This document shows, one piece after another, positions 11,929 to 26,760 of a stretch of 64,000 nt of DNA. Origin of the DNA: Octopus sinensis (Eukaryota); the NCBI RefSeq assembly GCF_006345805.1, contig NC_043015.1, positions 1,798,001 to 1,862,000 on the forward strand. Direction: 5' to 3'. The stretch's first letter is position 1; every line of letters starts with the position of its first letter. The translations under genes were made by a program, and so were the position numbers. The notes beneath the pieces are model-generated. The model was not told where the DNA came from. It was given only the letters and a program-made list of their open reading frames with translations, and searched no databases.

Positions 11929-12910
11929 TGTATGTCGATCTCTACTGGTACATAATTTATCAAAACCAAAATAATGAAGGACAAAGTCGACCTTGATGGC
12001 GTTTAAACTCAGAACATAATGAATCGGAAGGAATACTGTTAACCATTTTCTATGATACGCAAACACTTCTGTAACTTTGCCGTCTTATATCAATAATGAT
12101 ATCTAATCAATAATAATAATAATAATAATAATAATACTAAGTAATTAATAACGTGTAGGCCAAAATCAGCAAAATGAATAAATATGACATACTTGATTAA
12201 ATCAGAAAGAATACGCCTGCACACGCACTCACGCATGCGCAAAAATACACAAAAGAATCACGAGAAGATCGCTTGAAATGCTAGAAATAACAGTTAAATT
12301 TTCCGGGAATTACAACGATCTTAAAGATTGACACATTGGATATCTTATTCTTAAATTTTCCTTTGGCGTCTTTCTGTCCAGAGAGAGGTAATGCTGATTC
12401 TTGAAGCACTGGTCAGAGACAAAAATGACATTTGCAGAGTGACAGTTTGGACTTGGTGTATGGTCACTCTGTGTTATAGAAATGTCAAAAACTCAGTCCC
12501 AGCCTCATGTGCGTTGTCCAAAAACAGCCAGAGTAATCCAATTTGCATCAGATTCACTAAAGTTAGTCGAAGAAGGACTCGAGGATGAACACCAGACCGC
12601 TATAGGCGCTCCAGCCTGGATTTTTTATAAAGTATACGTCCGGTCTTTGTCTTAAAAAGCAGTGAGGTTGTTTAACCGTAGCTAGGGGTGGTCTCTAAAC
12701 TAGAGCAAGGATTCATATCAGGTATTGCAGCTTGATCCAACGAAGTCTAAGTGTTGTATCAGACAGTGTCGTCAAAACGTCAAGCACATAATAAAGGTGC
12801 TATCCATTACCTCGTGATGTGATGGTCATAACTGGAACGCGTTTGATTATAGTCCTCCTATTCGATGTAAGCTGACCTGATGATGAACAGCTAAACAAAT
12901 TTGAATTATT

Positions 12911-13380
12911 GGCATGAGTGACTGTGTGGTAAGTAGCTTGCTTACCAACCACATGGTTCCGGGTTCAGTCCCACTGCGTGGCACTTTGGGAAAGTGTCTT
13001 CTGCAATAGCCTCGGACTGACCAAAGCCTTGTGAGTGGATTTGGTAGACGGAAACTGAAAGAAGCCCGTCGTATATATATATAATAATATATATATATAT
13101 ATATATATTATATGTATGTGTGTGTGTGTGTGTGTGTGCGTGCGTGCGTGTGTGTGCATGTTTGTGTGTCTGTGTTTTGTCCCCCCAACATCGATTGACA
13201 ACCGATGCTGGTGTGTTTACGTCCCCGTAACTTAGTGGTTCGGCAAAAGAGACCGAGACCGATAGAATAAGTACTAGTCTTACAAAGAATAAGTCCTGGG
13301 GTTGATTTGCTCCTCGACTAAAGGCGATGCTCCAGCATGGGTGCCACAATAAAATGACTGAAAACAGATAAAAGAACAGA
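12911..13380 (+). mobile_element. SINE family C, full length
   Basis: tRNA-like head gagtgactgtgtggtaagtagc...gggttcagtccc; internal (TA)n(TG)n; tail aaatgactgaaa...aaaag. Confidence 0.9.
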
Positions 13381-14159
13381 AACAAAGAAAGAATATCGGT
13401 CAACCCAAAATACAACAAAATCTGTTCGAACACTCGATTTCACATCAATAATTTCGCAAACTAGATACAAAGAGAAAAGCTGAATAAGACATATTCTCCA
13501 AATATAGAATATTAGAATATTCTCTTAAATATTTTGGTAAACCAGAACACGACGTTTGAAGTTTTTTTTTTTTTTTTTTTGTCTTTTAACACAAATTGGT
13601 TCCGATAATATATTCATGAAAACATAAATATACTAATAAAGAAAAGCTAAATGAAAAAAAAAAGAAACGTCCTCATTAGTAACAAATCAGTATTACACAA
13701 GATTGAATAAACACTCGAAGGACGAAAATGATATGTAAATTCAATTATAAACGAAAATGTAGCCGCCATTTTCTTTAGTTGTGTTTTATATGTTATTTCT
13801 CTATCGGACAGAAGACGGTTGATGGCGATGGGTGAGGGTGAGGGTGCGGTGGGGTTGGAGTTGATGGTGGAGGTCAGTAGATTGTTGTTCTGAAATATTC
13901 CGGAGTGGATAAGATGAGTAAGTGGGCGAGTAAAAATCTATCAATTAATCGAGTGATCAACATATGCCGATTGCTCGCTCTCTCTCTCTTTCCCTCTTTC
14001 TCTTTCTCTATCGCATACACATACACCCACTCGCTCACACATATATGTATGTATACATACATACACACATATATACACACAAACACACTCACATATACAT
14101 ATATACTTACATAATCAATGGATCGATTGATTGTTGTTTCAAAATCATTCAACATATAT

Positions 14160-14612
<453 letters not shown>

Positions 14613-14631
14613 ACGCACACAGACACGCATA

Positions 14632-15550
14632 CGAGGTTAAGTAAAAGCTTATACACATTCTTATTTCTGTAATTCACAGAAACAAAAGTAGACAAAAGCT
14701 GGAGATTACCTATTACATCATTTTTCAACCTAGCCTGATTGCTTTTCGATGCACAATTTCCATCATTCCATAAGCTTGCTTATTCCATCGAAGAAGGTTT
14801 TTTGCTGGTCGCGCAACCATTTATGCAACGCTTCCTGCGTTTCTCCGTCCGTAGCAAATCGATGTCCTCGTAGACGATGTTTGAACAGTCCAGAGGGCGA
14901 GCTCTGGTCTGTATGCAGGGTGGTCTAGCAACACGAAACTTAATTCATCAATAGTTTTAATGGTGTCGGCCGTTGTATGAAGGCGAGCGTTGTCATACAC
15001 AACAAACTTCAGCGTTCTTTGCGCGTTGCTGGCTCTTTGAAAGTCACTGATGAACATGCCATTCCATTCTTGGTCACTCATCGGTTTACCAGATCCATCT
15101 TCCAAGTTTATTGAATTTTCACCTCTTCATGCTGTACTCATGTCCGGCTATTTTAAAACGTTCTTTGCGAGTTGCTGGTTTCAGTTTGATGTCCAGCATT
15201 TTACTGGTGACTTTAAACCCCTTCTCCAGATAATGTTCCAGGATAGTCTCTTTGGTATTCGGCAAATCTGTTAGCGTCACTTATTGTGCAGAAGGTTGAG
15301 CTTTGAAATCCTTTTTCGCAGGCGATTCCAGGTGGTTCCACTGTGTACTCCGCCTTCAGCATTTTGGCTCAAAGTGCTGAACCAAGGTCTTAGCTTTTGT
15401 GAGTATTCTCGCCAAAGAAAACCCTCAATTTCATCCCGTTAGAGGTCAAGTAAGCCTTGACAGATCTCCGTATGATTGTGCTTATGCGCTTCGGTAAGCA
15501 CTCTTGGGACACATCTCGCAAAAACTTTATGGAAGCGAAGCTTGACGCAT
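14632..15550 (-). mobile_element. Mariner transposon remnant (3' part), truncated by a SINE
   Basis: TA|cgaggtt terminus at 14630. Minus frames YDNARLHT...DHPAYRPELA and [11 protein letters not shown]...VEK*. Confidence 0.85.
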
Positions 15551-15552
15551 CG

Positions 15553-15980
15553 CAGATGAACATACCTATTTCTTTACTACCCACAAGGGGCTAAACACAG
15601 AGGGGACAAACAAGGACAGACAAACGGATTATGCCGATTACATCGACCCCAGTGCGTAACCGGTACTTATTTAATCGATCCCGAAAGGTTGAAAGGCAAA
15701 GTTGACCTCGGTGGAATTTGAACTCAGAACGTAGTGGCAGACGAAATACCTATTTCTTTACTACCCACAAGGGGCTAAACAGAGAGGACAAACAAGGAGA
15801 GACAAACGGATTAAGTCGATTATATCAACCCCAGTTCGTAAGTGGTACTTATTTAATCGACCCCAAAAGGATGAAAGGCAAAGTCGACCCCAGCGGAATT
15901 TGAACTCAGAACGTAGCGGCAGACGAAATAACGCAAAGCATTTTTCGCCGGCTTGCTAACGTTTCTGCCAGCTCGCTGCC
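15553..15980 (-). mobile_element. SINE family B multimer
   Basis: Two body units plus head, with the same junction as 5008-5778. Confidence 0.88.
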
Positions 15981-16340
15981 ATCTTTTATTTTAGTGTGCA
16001 AACGTTTCACACAGTTTCTGCTTAACAAATACATTTACAAGATATTCGTTGGTACGGGACTATATCTGAAGACATTTCTTCAAGGCGCTGTGCGGTGGAA
16101 CTGAACCCAAAGCGACGTAGTTGCAAAGCGATCTTCTTTATTTCATACAGATTTTTACAAATGAAAAATTGAAAACAGATTTCGACCGTTCGGCTTCACC
16201 GCCGTCATCCGTCTTCTGATGGCGAGGTAATTAGTTCCTTTAGGAATCAATTTACATATAATGTTATACTTGGAGATGGACATCTTTGCCGATTAAACAA
16301 GCACACTAATAATTTGTTCTCGACTTCATTATTATTATTA

Positions 16341-16387
<47 letters not shown>

Positions 16388-16811
16388 TTCATTATTAGTT
16401 TGTTTGTCAAAGTTCTTTCGTGACACATAATGTGATCTCCTTTGCGACTTTCTGACAAAGAAACTAAAAATAATATTTATAAAGCTAAGTGAAGGTCAAA
16501 TGAATAGAGTGTGTGTTTAATCGGCAAAAGACGATCTTTCCCAAGCATTAAGATATCGGTTTCAACACACGCTTTCACAACAAGAATCTTGCAAAATAAA
16601 TGCAAAAAATTAATTTATAATTCAATATAAAAACAAACGTTAATGTAGGCGCAGGAATGGTTATGTGGTAATAAGCTTGCTTCGCAACCACATGGTTCCG
16701 GCTTCAGTCCCACTGCGTGGAATCTTGGGCAAGTGTCTTCTACTATAACTTCAGGCTGACAAAAGTCTTGTGAGTGGGTTTTGGTAGACGGAAACTGAAA
16801 GAAGCCCTTCG

Positions 16812-16845
<34 letters not shown>

Positions 16846-16996
16846 GGTGTACAAGACAAACAGATGTATTAGTATAACGCTCAGGAATAGAACATGTCTT
16901 TTACGTTTCGAGCCTACGCTCTTCTACAGAAAGTGACAGAGAACAAAAACAACGAGAGAAAACAATGTGTGTAGTGGCTAACGATCTATCATGGCG
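16846..16996 (-). mobile_element. Penelope-like terminal-repeat remnant inserted in (TA)n
   Basis: Near-identical to 20361-20518; carries a hammerhead-like motif; flanked by (TA)n. Confidence 0.7.
16898..16933 (-). ncRNA. Minimal type-I hammerhead-like motif with variant core (CUGUAGA)
   Basis: CUUU CUGUAGA A GAGC guag GCUC GAAA CG UA/AAAG: 4-bp stem I, 4-bp stem II and palindromic ACGU stem III. Confidence 0.6.
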
Positions 16997-17047
<51 letters not shown>

Positions 17048-17324
17048 GTGTATGTATATGTTTATGTGCGAGTGTCTGTGTTTGCCCACCCACCACCATC
17101 GCTTGACAACCGATGCTGGTGTGTTTATGTCCCCGTAACAAAGCTGTTCGACAAAAGAGACCGACAGAACAAGTGCTAGGCTTAGAAAAAGTAGGCTGGA
17201 GTCGATTTCTTCGCTTAAAACCCTTTAAGGTTGTGCACCAGCAGAGCACAGTCACATGACTGAAACATGTAAAAGAATAGAAGAGTACAGGAGCGCATGC
17301 GCATTTGAGTGTGTGTGTGAGTGA

Positions 17325-17475
<151 letters not shown>

Positions 17476-17482
17476 AACATAC

Positions 17483-17666
17483 CTGGAATCCTTTATGCGA
17501 AAGGATATCTAGCACTCTGTTGTACTGTATCTCTATCTCACCGTTTCTCATCTGAAATGTCTGAGGAAACGGTCCTTGGTAAGCATTATTTATGGTGTTA
17601 TAATCTAAAGATTTCAATCCTTTGATTAATCTGTCTGCAATGTCTTCTTTGTACCTCGGGTGGACT
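17483..17666 (-). CDS. SIAE: SIAE exon 8 (catalytic His, SVHP)
   Basis: ttacacag|A GTC...CAG|gtatgt; 184 nt, phase 2 to 0. VHPRYKEDIADRLIKGLKSLDYNTINNAYQGPFP...KGFQ matches IHPRDKQTVAYRL...GP.P. Confidence 0.95.
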
Positions 17667-18089
17667 CTGTGTAAGACAGAAGCAGAGATTATGTTAGTGC
17701 AGTGGACAGGGATAAACAGATTGAAGAATATGGAGAATGTAAGACGGAAGATGGCACCCGCACTCAGACACACATACAAGGGTGTACACACACATAGGGC
17801 TGCACATTCATACATTGTGGTACACACGCACCCGGGTACACACGGGTACACATGCGTACAAATAAGGGTACACGCACACAGGGATACACAAAGACATACC
17901 CACAGACATGGACACGCACAAATACGAAAGATGGAAGGTCTGGTGGGAGAGAAAGCTGATAGAAGATAGAGATGGAAGGATGAGGGCAACACAGAGATAG
18001 AGAGACAGACAGGACAAAGAAGTCTGTTTCTCGTTTCCTGAATTCCAGGTTTTCGTTCAGTATCTGCACTATCTTAATAACCAATACGA

Positions 18090-19790
18090 AGAGTATGAGA
18101 AATAGAGAGAAAGAGAGAGAGAGGTGGGAGAAAGAGAGACGAGAAAAAGAAGAGGAAAAGAGAAGAGGGAGAGAGAGGGGAAAGAGATAGAGAGTGAGAG
18201 AAAAGGGGAGAGAGGGACGGAAGAAAAAAGTGGGAGAGAGAGAAGGAGAGAAAGAGATAAAGATAGAGAGAAGAGAGAAAGAAGTAGGGGAGACAGATGA
18301 GAAAGACAAGAGGGAGAGAGAAGTCAGACAGGAGGGAGAGAGAGAAGAGTATGAGAGAGAGAGGTGGGAGAAAGAGAGACGAGAAAAAGAAGAGGGAAAG
18401 GAAGAGGGAGAGAGCAAGGGGAAAGAGATAGAGAGTGAGTGAGAGAGGGGAAATAGATAGAGAGTGAGAGAGGGGAAAGAGATAGAGAGTGAAGAGAAAA
18501 GGAGAGAGAGAGAGGGGACGAAGAAAAAAGTGGGAAAGAGGGAAGGAGAGAAAGAGATAAAAATAGAGAGTAGAGAGAAAGAAGTAGGAGAGACAGATGA
18601 GAAGACAAGAGGGAGAGAGAAGTCAGACAGAAGGGAGAGAGAAGAGTATGAGAGAGAGAGGTGGGAGAAAGAGAGACGAGAAAAAGAAGAGGGAAAGAGA
18701 AGAGGGAGAGAGAGGGGAAAGAGATAGAGAGTGAGAGAGGGGAAATAGATAGAGAGTGAGAGAGGGGAAAGAGATAGAGAGTGAGAGAAAAGGAGAGAGA
18801 GGGACGGAAGAAAAAAGTGGGAAAGAGAGAAGGAGAGAAAGAGATAAAAATAGAGAGTAGAGAGAAAGAAGTAGGAGAGACAGATGAGAAAGACAAGAGG
18901 GAGAGAGAAGTCAGACAGAAGGGAGAGAGAGAAGAGTATGAGAGAGAGAGGTGGGAGAAAGAGAGACGAGAAAAAGAAGAGGGAAAGAGAAGAGGGAGAG
19001 AGAGGGGAAAGAGATAGAGAGTGAGAGAAAAGTGGAGAGAGGAGGGAAGAAAAATGTGAGAGAGAGAGAAGGAGATAAAGAGAGAGAAGAGAGAGAAAGT
19101 AGGAGAGACAGAAGAGAAAGAGAAGAAGGAGAGAGAAGGGAAATGATAGAGAGGGAGAGAAGAGGGGAGAGAAGGAGAGAAGAAAGAAGTGGAAGAGAGA
19201 GAAGGAGAGAAAGATTTCGAAGAGACAGAAGTGAAAGAGAAGAGGGAGATAGAAGAGAGAGGAGGAGAGTGAGAAGAGGGACAGAAAAGAGAGAAAGAGG
19301 GGAGAGATAGGAGTGAGAGAAGAGAGAGAAGAAAGAAAAGAGGGAGCGAGAGAAGAGGGAGAGAGAGGGGAAAGAGATAGAGAGTGAGAGAAAAGTGGAG
19401 AGAGGGAGGGAAGAAAAATGTGAGAGAGAGAGAGAGAAGGAGATAAAGAGAGAGAAGAGAGAGAAAGTAGGAGAGACAGAAGAGAAAGAGAAGGAGAGAG
19501 AGGGGAAATGATAGAGAGGGAGAGAAGAGGGGAGAGAAGGAGAGAAGAAAGAAGTGGAAGAGAGAGAAGGAGAGAAAGATTTCGAAGAGACAGAAGTGAA
19601 AGAGAAGAGGGAGATAGAAGAGAGAGGAGGAGAGTGAGAAGAGGGACAGAAAAGAGAGAAAGAGGGGAGAGATAGGAGTGAGAGAAGAGAGAGAAGAAAG
19701 AAAAGAGGGAGCGAGAGAAGAGGGAGAGAGAGAAGAGGGAAAGAGAGAAGAGGGGAAGGAGAAGTATGCGAGAGACAGAGAAAAAAAGAG
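18090..19790. repeat. About 1.7-kb polypurine/polypyrimidine tract with higher-order tandem units
   Basis: Anchor gaggtgggagaaagagagacg at 18121, 18361, 18658 and 18948; anchor gatttcgaagagacag at 19213 and 19578. Confidence 0.95.
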
Positions 19791-19902
19791 AAGTAATCAA
19801 TCAGTCAATCGAGTAATCAATCAATCAATTAAAAATCAAACACAGCACTTAAAACAATAAACAAAGGCAAAATCATTTAAAAATAACATCGATACTACTT
19901 AC

Positions 19903-20045
19903 GATCCGTACGGAGAAGTCGGATCTGGTAAGTCCATAGCTACAGCCATAAAAACATTGGGGAGTTTTTCATTTGGTACATAACCTTTACTAGCTGTCTG
20001 CGCCCAACGAAGGGCAGGGAACCCGAGGTTATGATAGGGAGCAAG
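19903..20045 (-). CDS. SIAE: SIAE exon 7
   Basis: atccag|CTT...GGA TC|gtaagt; 143 nt, phase 0 to 2. LAPYHNLGFPALRWAQTASKGYVPNEKLPNVFMAVAMDLPDPTSPYG matches GFPQIRWHQTA..GYVPN..PNTFMAVAMDL.D..SP.G. Confidence 0.95.
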
Positions 20046-20323
20046 CTGGATAAGAAATAAATGAATGCGATAGAAAAAGAAAAACACAGAGAAAAAAAAA
20101 TCAACTATTTGATTATTTAAATTTATTTTTCAGAGTTGTGTTCGTTTGACAAATGAGGTGAGCTGAGATTAAACGGGGAAACTGAAATAATTATATCGTG
20201 AAAAGCTTTTATTTTAATTAGTAAGGAAAAAAATACAATTATACTAGACAACAATACATAAACACAAAATCAACCTCTTATGTTCTTTGTTTTATTATAC
20301 CGTACTATACTACACTATATATA

Positions 20324-20356
<33 letters not shown>

Positions 20357-20360
20357 ATAT

Positions 20361-20518
20361 AGGAGAGTTCACGAAAAAAAACAAAAGACGAAGACAGGTA
20401 GTGTACAAAACAAACAGATGTATTAGCATAACGCTCAGGAATAGAAGAAGTCTTTTACGTTTCGAGCCTACGCTCTTCTATAGAAAGGGACACAGAAAAA
20501 AAAAACAAGGTGAGAATT
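20361..20518 (-). mobile_element. Penelope-like terminal-repeat remnant with a degenerate hammerhead (20452-20487)
   Basis: Same family as 16846-16996; core reads CUAUAGA; flanked by (TA)n. Confidence 0.7.
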
Positions 20519-20546
20519 ATATATATATATAATATATATATATATA

Positions 20547-20960
20547 TTGTCCGGAAAGTTCGTGCCGATTTTTAAAGGAAAGAAAAAGGTCTATAAATAT
20601 TTGCCATTACATTTTTAATCAACCAAATATGAACCATTTTGTTGCACAATGTGTCTCCATCCTTCCTTTAACTTGAAAATACCCTATTTCAGAACTGAGG
20701 TGGTTTCAGGCAAAGAATTCATCAAGGTGTCTTTTTACGTCAACCAAGGAATTGAAATTTTTACCATTAAGACTCTTCTGCAGAGACCTGAATATGTGGA
20801 AATATTTATTGCTATTTCAACATGGCTGAGCCGTAGGAACTGTTGTTACTACCTTTTTAACCTCAAGTTGACTCCTCCTTCAGCAGATTATTCGATGCCA
20901 TCTGCATCCAATATATATTGTTCCAGCAACAGGACCACTAAACCGTACAGTGAACTACGA
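20547..20960 (-). mobile_element. Mariner remnant (3' end)
   Basis: TA|ttgtccggaaagttcg terminus; minus frame IFKLKEGWRHIVQQNGSYLVD*. Confidence 0.8.
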
Positions 20961-21294
20961 TATAAAGTGATCCATTAGTAGTTACACTCCATGATAAAGG
21001 GCAGGTAATTTTAATCCTTCTCTTTGCCAAGAAGAAATGTGTCATAAAATTACTTCAGAATTAGATTTATTAAACTGTAGCACCAATCTTTCGTTGAAAT
21101 GTTCTCATAAAGATAGAAGAGCCTTTAGATATGTCACTAATAAATAATGCCATAATTATAACTGCTTTCACTTTAATCTAATAAGCATAATTAATTTTTT
21201 AGCATATATTAGTAATAAAATAACTGCCGTCATCATAAGTTTAAATAGCAAACTGGCTTTTCTTAGAATATAATATTTATGAAATGTAGGGATA

Positions 21295-21712
21295 GGCGTT
21301 GGAGTGGTTGCGTGGTCAGTAGCTTGCTTACCAACCACATGGTTCTGCGTTCAGTCCTACTGCGTGGCACCTTGGGCAAGTGTCTCTTACTATAGCCTCG
21401 GGCCGACCAAAGCATTGTGAGTAGATTTGGTAGACGGAAACTGTAAGAAGCCTGTCATATATATGTGTATATGTATGTGTACGTGTGTGTGTGTATATGT
21501 TTGCCGGTCTGTGTTTGTACCCCCAACATCACTTGAGAACCGAAGCTGGTTTGTTTACGTACCCGTAAGTAAGCGGTTCGGCAATAGAGACCGATAAAAT
21601 GAGTACTAGGCTTATAAAGAATAAGTCCTGGTTTCTGTTTGCTCGACTAAATGCGGTGCTCCAGCATGGCCACAGTCAAATCCTTGAAACAAGTAAAGAG
21701 AAAGAGTAAGAG
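21295..21712 (+). mobile_element. SINE family C, full length
   Basis: Same head, microsatellite and tail layout as 12911. Confidence 0.9.
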
Positions 21713-21715
21713 TAT

Positions 21716-21752
<37 letters not shown>

Positions 21753-21764
21753 TTATGAAAATGA

Positions 21765-21807
<43 letters not shown>

Positions 21808-21860
21808 ACAAAGTAAGATAGGGGTTATGAGGGTAACGCTCTAAGGGATATATATGTAAG

Positions 21861-21896
<36 letters not shown>

Positions 21897-22140
21897 GACA
21901 CATACAATAGAAATACAAAATGGCTGACTGTTAGTAAGGAGAGACACACAAATAAGAAAGAAAAAACAAAGGACCACTGATGCAGTCATAGGAGTGTGAC
22001 GAAAGAACTCTGGCCGAAATGATATTAAGATTAATGTAAAAAATAAATAACGCTGAAGCAAAGTAACATCAACTATATAGTGCATGTGTTTTTATTGGCT
22101 AAACTGGCAAAATGACCATTCCTAAATACAACAATATATA

Positions 22141-22186
<46 letters not shown>

Positions 22187-22586
22187 CGTTATATATGTAT
22201 ATAATCATTTAAGTCCATTATACATGCTAGCATCTGTTAAAAGGAACTTTTGACTCAGTTTTTTTTTACAATCGTTTTTAATTATCTTAAAATTGTTAGA
22301 TTAACAAATAGCGAAAATAGCATAACACAACATAACCTAATTAAAGAGATTCTTGAATTTAATTACGCAGACATCTGACCCCGACAACTATAAATATCAT
22401 CGTGAAAATCGATTTCGCTGTACTTGAATGGCCAAAAAACTAATTACCAGTTATATAATCGGGAACGGTTACATTATATATCTTCCATAGAACTAAATTG
22501 AAAGTGGTTCTCTTGTTAGCGTCGCATAATATTTTTAAGATCGAGGAGGGTTGGGCTATTAGTATATGTGTGTTTATTCTTTTTTA

Positions 22587-22980
22587 GGAGTGGCTGTGTG
22601 GTAAGTAGCTTGTTTACCAACAACATGGATCTGGGTTCAGTCCCCTTGCGTGGCACCTTGGGCAAGTGTCTTCTAATATAGCCCCGGGCCGACCAAAGCC
22701 TTGTGAGTGGATTTGGTAGACAGAAACTGAAAGAAGCCCGTCGTATATATGTATATATATATGTATGCGTGTGTGTGTTTGTCACCCTAACATTGCTTGA
22801 CAACAGATTGTGGTGTGTTTATGTCCCCGTTAACTAGCGGTTCGGCAAAAGAGATCGATAGAATAAGTACTGGGCTTAAAAAAGAATAAGTCCCGGGGTC
22901 GAGTTGCTCGATTAAAGGCGGTGCTCTAGCATGGCCGCAGTCAAAAATGACTGAAACAAGTAAAAGAATAAAAGAAAAAA
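22587..22980 (+). mobile_element. SINE family C, full length
   Basis: Same layout as 12911. Confidence 0.9.
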
Positions 22981-23082
22981 AAATACGTGTGTAACATGTA
23001 TGCATGTGTATGTGTGCGTATGTGATCATAGTGTGTGTGTGTGAGTGTGTGTGTGTGTGTATGAGTGCGCGTGTGATTTTAC

Positions 23083-23213
23083 CTGCACGAATCCGAATGG
23101 GAATGTAGAAGATGTCTGATTGTATGAACCTTCATTAAATTTTTGCCGCCAATCGGCAACCATTGCTGGAAACAAGCACGAATATTGTTTGGGATGCTGA
23201 GCGTTCGATTCAC
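23083..23213 (-). CDS. SIAE: SIAE exon 6
   Basis: attacag|GT GAA...CAG|gtaaaa; 131 nt, phase 1 to 0. GESNAQHPKQYSCLFPAMVADWRQKFNEGSYNQTSSTFPFGFVQ. Confidence 0.95.
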
Positions 23214-23492
23214 CTGTAATTATAAACAAACAGAAACACAAAACTAAAGATACAAGCATTTATGTCTCACTTACATAGGTGTCACATTAAAAACCACTGA
23301 TCATATTGAAATGGGATATTTTATTTTTAGTTTATGATATCGATTTAAAGAAAATGGTCAGAAAAAATATGTGAACTTTTGTAGTCCTTTCCCAGTTTTT
23401 TTCGGGTTAGAGAGGTTCTATGATAACCAGAAACCTTGAAAATAGTGTACAATGGTTTTGTCATCTAGGTGATAAGAGGTGTTAAATAATCT

Positions 23493-23812
23493 GTTCTACT
23501 CTAGGAATAAGGGCCGAAATTTTTGGAGAGGGGGCCAGTCAATTAGATCGACCCTAGTGCGCAACTAGTAGTTAATTTGTCGACCCCGAAAGGATGAAAG
23601 GCAAAGTCGACCTCGGTGGAATTCGAACTCAGAACGTAAAGATAGATGAAATACTTATTTCTTTACTACCCACAAGGGGCTAAATACAGAGAGGACAAAC
23701 AAGGACAGACAAACGGATTAAGTCGATTATTTGAATTTCGAACGTAAAGATAGATGAAATACTGCTAAGTATTTCGCTCGGCGTGCTAACGGCTCTGCCA
23801 GCTTGTCGCCTT
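23493..23812 (-). mobile_element. SINE family B (rearranged dimer)
   Basis: Body and head motifs, with the junction atgaaatacttatttctttactaccc. Confidence 0.85.
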
Positions 23813-24426
23813 AGTAGAGTTAAATAGTACAATAGATTAACTCTTGCATCCAGAAACATATAGTGTCATCTCGGTAGTGCTTTTGTATAATATCTGTTGA
23901 CTCATATTCTTTTACTAGGCATTGGTTAACACTTGTCCATGGTGCTACCATATTATGGTGGAAGCGAAAATGATACCTAATTTTAGGTTTCATACCTTGA
24001 TTAATGAATGTTAATCAGCGCCTCACCCAATGGCAAAATGTTGAATTATGTCATAACAGAAAGAAATAGGTTTTGAAAACAGCGTTGATTCAATAACGAT
24101 TAAGCGAAACCTCGAATTTGAATGGTGCTTACGTTAAATTGTCATCCCCACAAAACTTAAATTAAAATCTAGTGATATTTGAACTATAGAGTATTGAAAC
24201 AGATGGCCTACAAAAACTTTCACGCTCATAACAAGCACACACAAACACACGCTTGTAATGGACACAGGTTCCTGTGTCATATAGCTAGCTAGAGGCGATG
24301 GCCTCTTAGAGCTAATCGACGGCAGCATTCGTCCTATCTTTCTGGACTACCATTTAGCTTGGCGGTAACTATTAATATCCTCCAGTACCACTGCTCTAGT
24401 CTCCTTTAGAGAGACTTAGAAATATT

Positions 24427-24463
<37 letters not shown>

Positions 24464-24509
24464 GAGGTCCTCTTCTTCTTCCTTTTTTTTTCCGGATACA
24501 CCACCCCCA

Positions 24510-26760
24510 TACACACACCTACCTACCTCCCACACGCCTGTTCACACACACACATACGTATACACATCTACGTACATACATTCACACATTTAATCACACA
24601 CACTTATAGACATACATGCACACACACTCACACACACACATCGCACATACATACTTCACATACACACACATGCACACATACATGTAGGCACACACACATA
24701 CATACATACATACCCATACATGCACACCTTTACACGAATGCACACACACATACACCTATTTGCATCCAGGCAGCCCCCCCTCTTTTCTGCTTTCCGGTTT
24801 TGGCTGATGTATCCTCGGTTCCCGCGGAGCGGGTCGTTCGAGGGCCTTTGCGCTAGCGCGCCTTGGCGCGTGCTGGGGGCTTGGTCGGCCCCATGGGCTT
24901 GCGTTGTATTGTTTGTGTGTTGTGTGCGTGAGCGCGCTTCGTGTGTGTGGGCTTGCTTCGGGTGTGTGCGTGCGTATGTATACATACATACCCACACACA
25001 CGCATGCATCCCTACCCACATACATAGACGCACACCTACTCACACACACACATACACACACACACATACCCGCACACACACAAATACATACATACACACA
25101 CATACCTACTTCAGACATACACACACACAGACATACACCCATACACTCACACTCACACGCATACACACACACACATAAACACGCACACGTACACATACAC
25201 ACACACACCTACATACATACATTACACTTGTACACACACACACCTACACAGCCATACCCTCACTCAGACACACACACCTACCTACACACACACACAAACA
25301 CACACAGACACACACCCATACATACATACATCTACACACACACGCCTACACACATACATAAACACACACACATACACATACACACACATACGCACACACC
25401 AACATAAACACGCACACGCACACACACACCTACACTCCCACACACATACATACGCACCTACATACACACACGCACGCATACACACGCACACACACGCATA
25501 CACACATACATTACACACGTACACATACACCTACATACACATGCATACACACACACACACAAACATGCACGGACACACCCAGACATACATACATACACCT
25601 ATACACACACGCCCACACACCTACATACACACACATACACGGACACACCCATAATACTTACATACATACACCTATACACACACGCCTACACACCTACATA
25701 CACACACATGCATACACACACACACATGTACGCACATACACACACATATACGCACATACATATATACACACACATGCACACACACACATACGCACATGCA
25801 TGCACACGCGCACACCTACACGCATACATGCATACATGCATACACACACACACACGCACGTACACATACATACATACACACACATACATACACCCATATA
25901 CATACATGCATCCTACACACACAGACATACACACTCATACATACATACACACACACTCACTCACACACCTGCATGTACGCGCACACACATGCACATACAC
26001 ACACTTCCACACACACACACGTACATACATACACACTCATACACATACACACACACACACACACGGACATACATCTATGCACACACATATATACACACAT
26101 ACTTACATACATTCATCGGACACACTGACACCCAGACATACACACAGACACACTCACACATCCACACACACACATACTTACATACACACTCCCAGGCGCG
26201 CGCACACACGCGCTTGCGCCGGCTCGCGCACGCATACGCGCATGCATGCACCTCGCTCTTGGACCCGACGAGATCTCCGGCTCGTTTCTGGGGCCCTCGC
26301 CTGTCGTTGGGTTCTCCCACGCCCGTCTCTGCGGGACCACTCTTCCATCTTCCCCTCAGCTGGAGTCCTTTTTCCTTATAAACCCCCCCTTTTTGTACAC
26401 ACACGCGCACACATACATACACCCACTCACACACACATTTGCTTAAATATATACATTACTCTTACACACACTTCAAATCTACTCGCCATACATACAACTA
26501 CGACACTGGACACACACACACTACCACTCAACACACACACTGGCACGTTACATACGCCCCCACCCCTTCCCCTCCCTCCCTTCCTCCTTCCTTCATTTTT
26601 TTACTACTGACCACTGTCTGCTATGCCTACTACTGTTTCGCCCTACCTCACACGCCTACACACAGACGCACACACTAACATATATATATATTTTTTGTTT
26701 TTTTATCTCGCCTCACACACACATACACACACGCACACACTCACACATACACACACATCT
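24510..26760. repeat. About 2.2-kb degenerate (CA)/(CATA) low-complexity tract
   Basis: Direct reading; source of many His/Thr and Val/Cys ORFs. Confidence 0.95.

Larger units (their letters stand above)
16648..17286 (+). mobile_element. SINE family C with a nested insertion in its internal (TA)n
   Basis: Head at 16648; the body resumes after 16997; tail at 17286. Confidence 0.88.

Noticed and set aside
12330-12900. Possible LINE endonuclease remnant on the minus strand
   Set aside because: Only a TQSDH-like snippet was seen; too little to call.
17764-19800. 678-aa Leu/Ser-rich ORF
   Set aside because: A by-product of a pyrimidine-only strand that cannot form stop codons; it lies within SIAE intron 7 and has no domain features.
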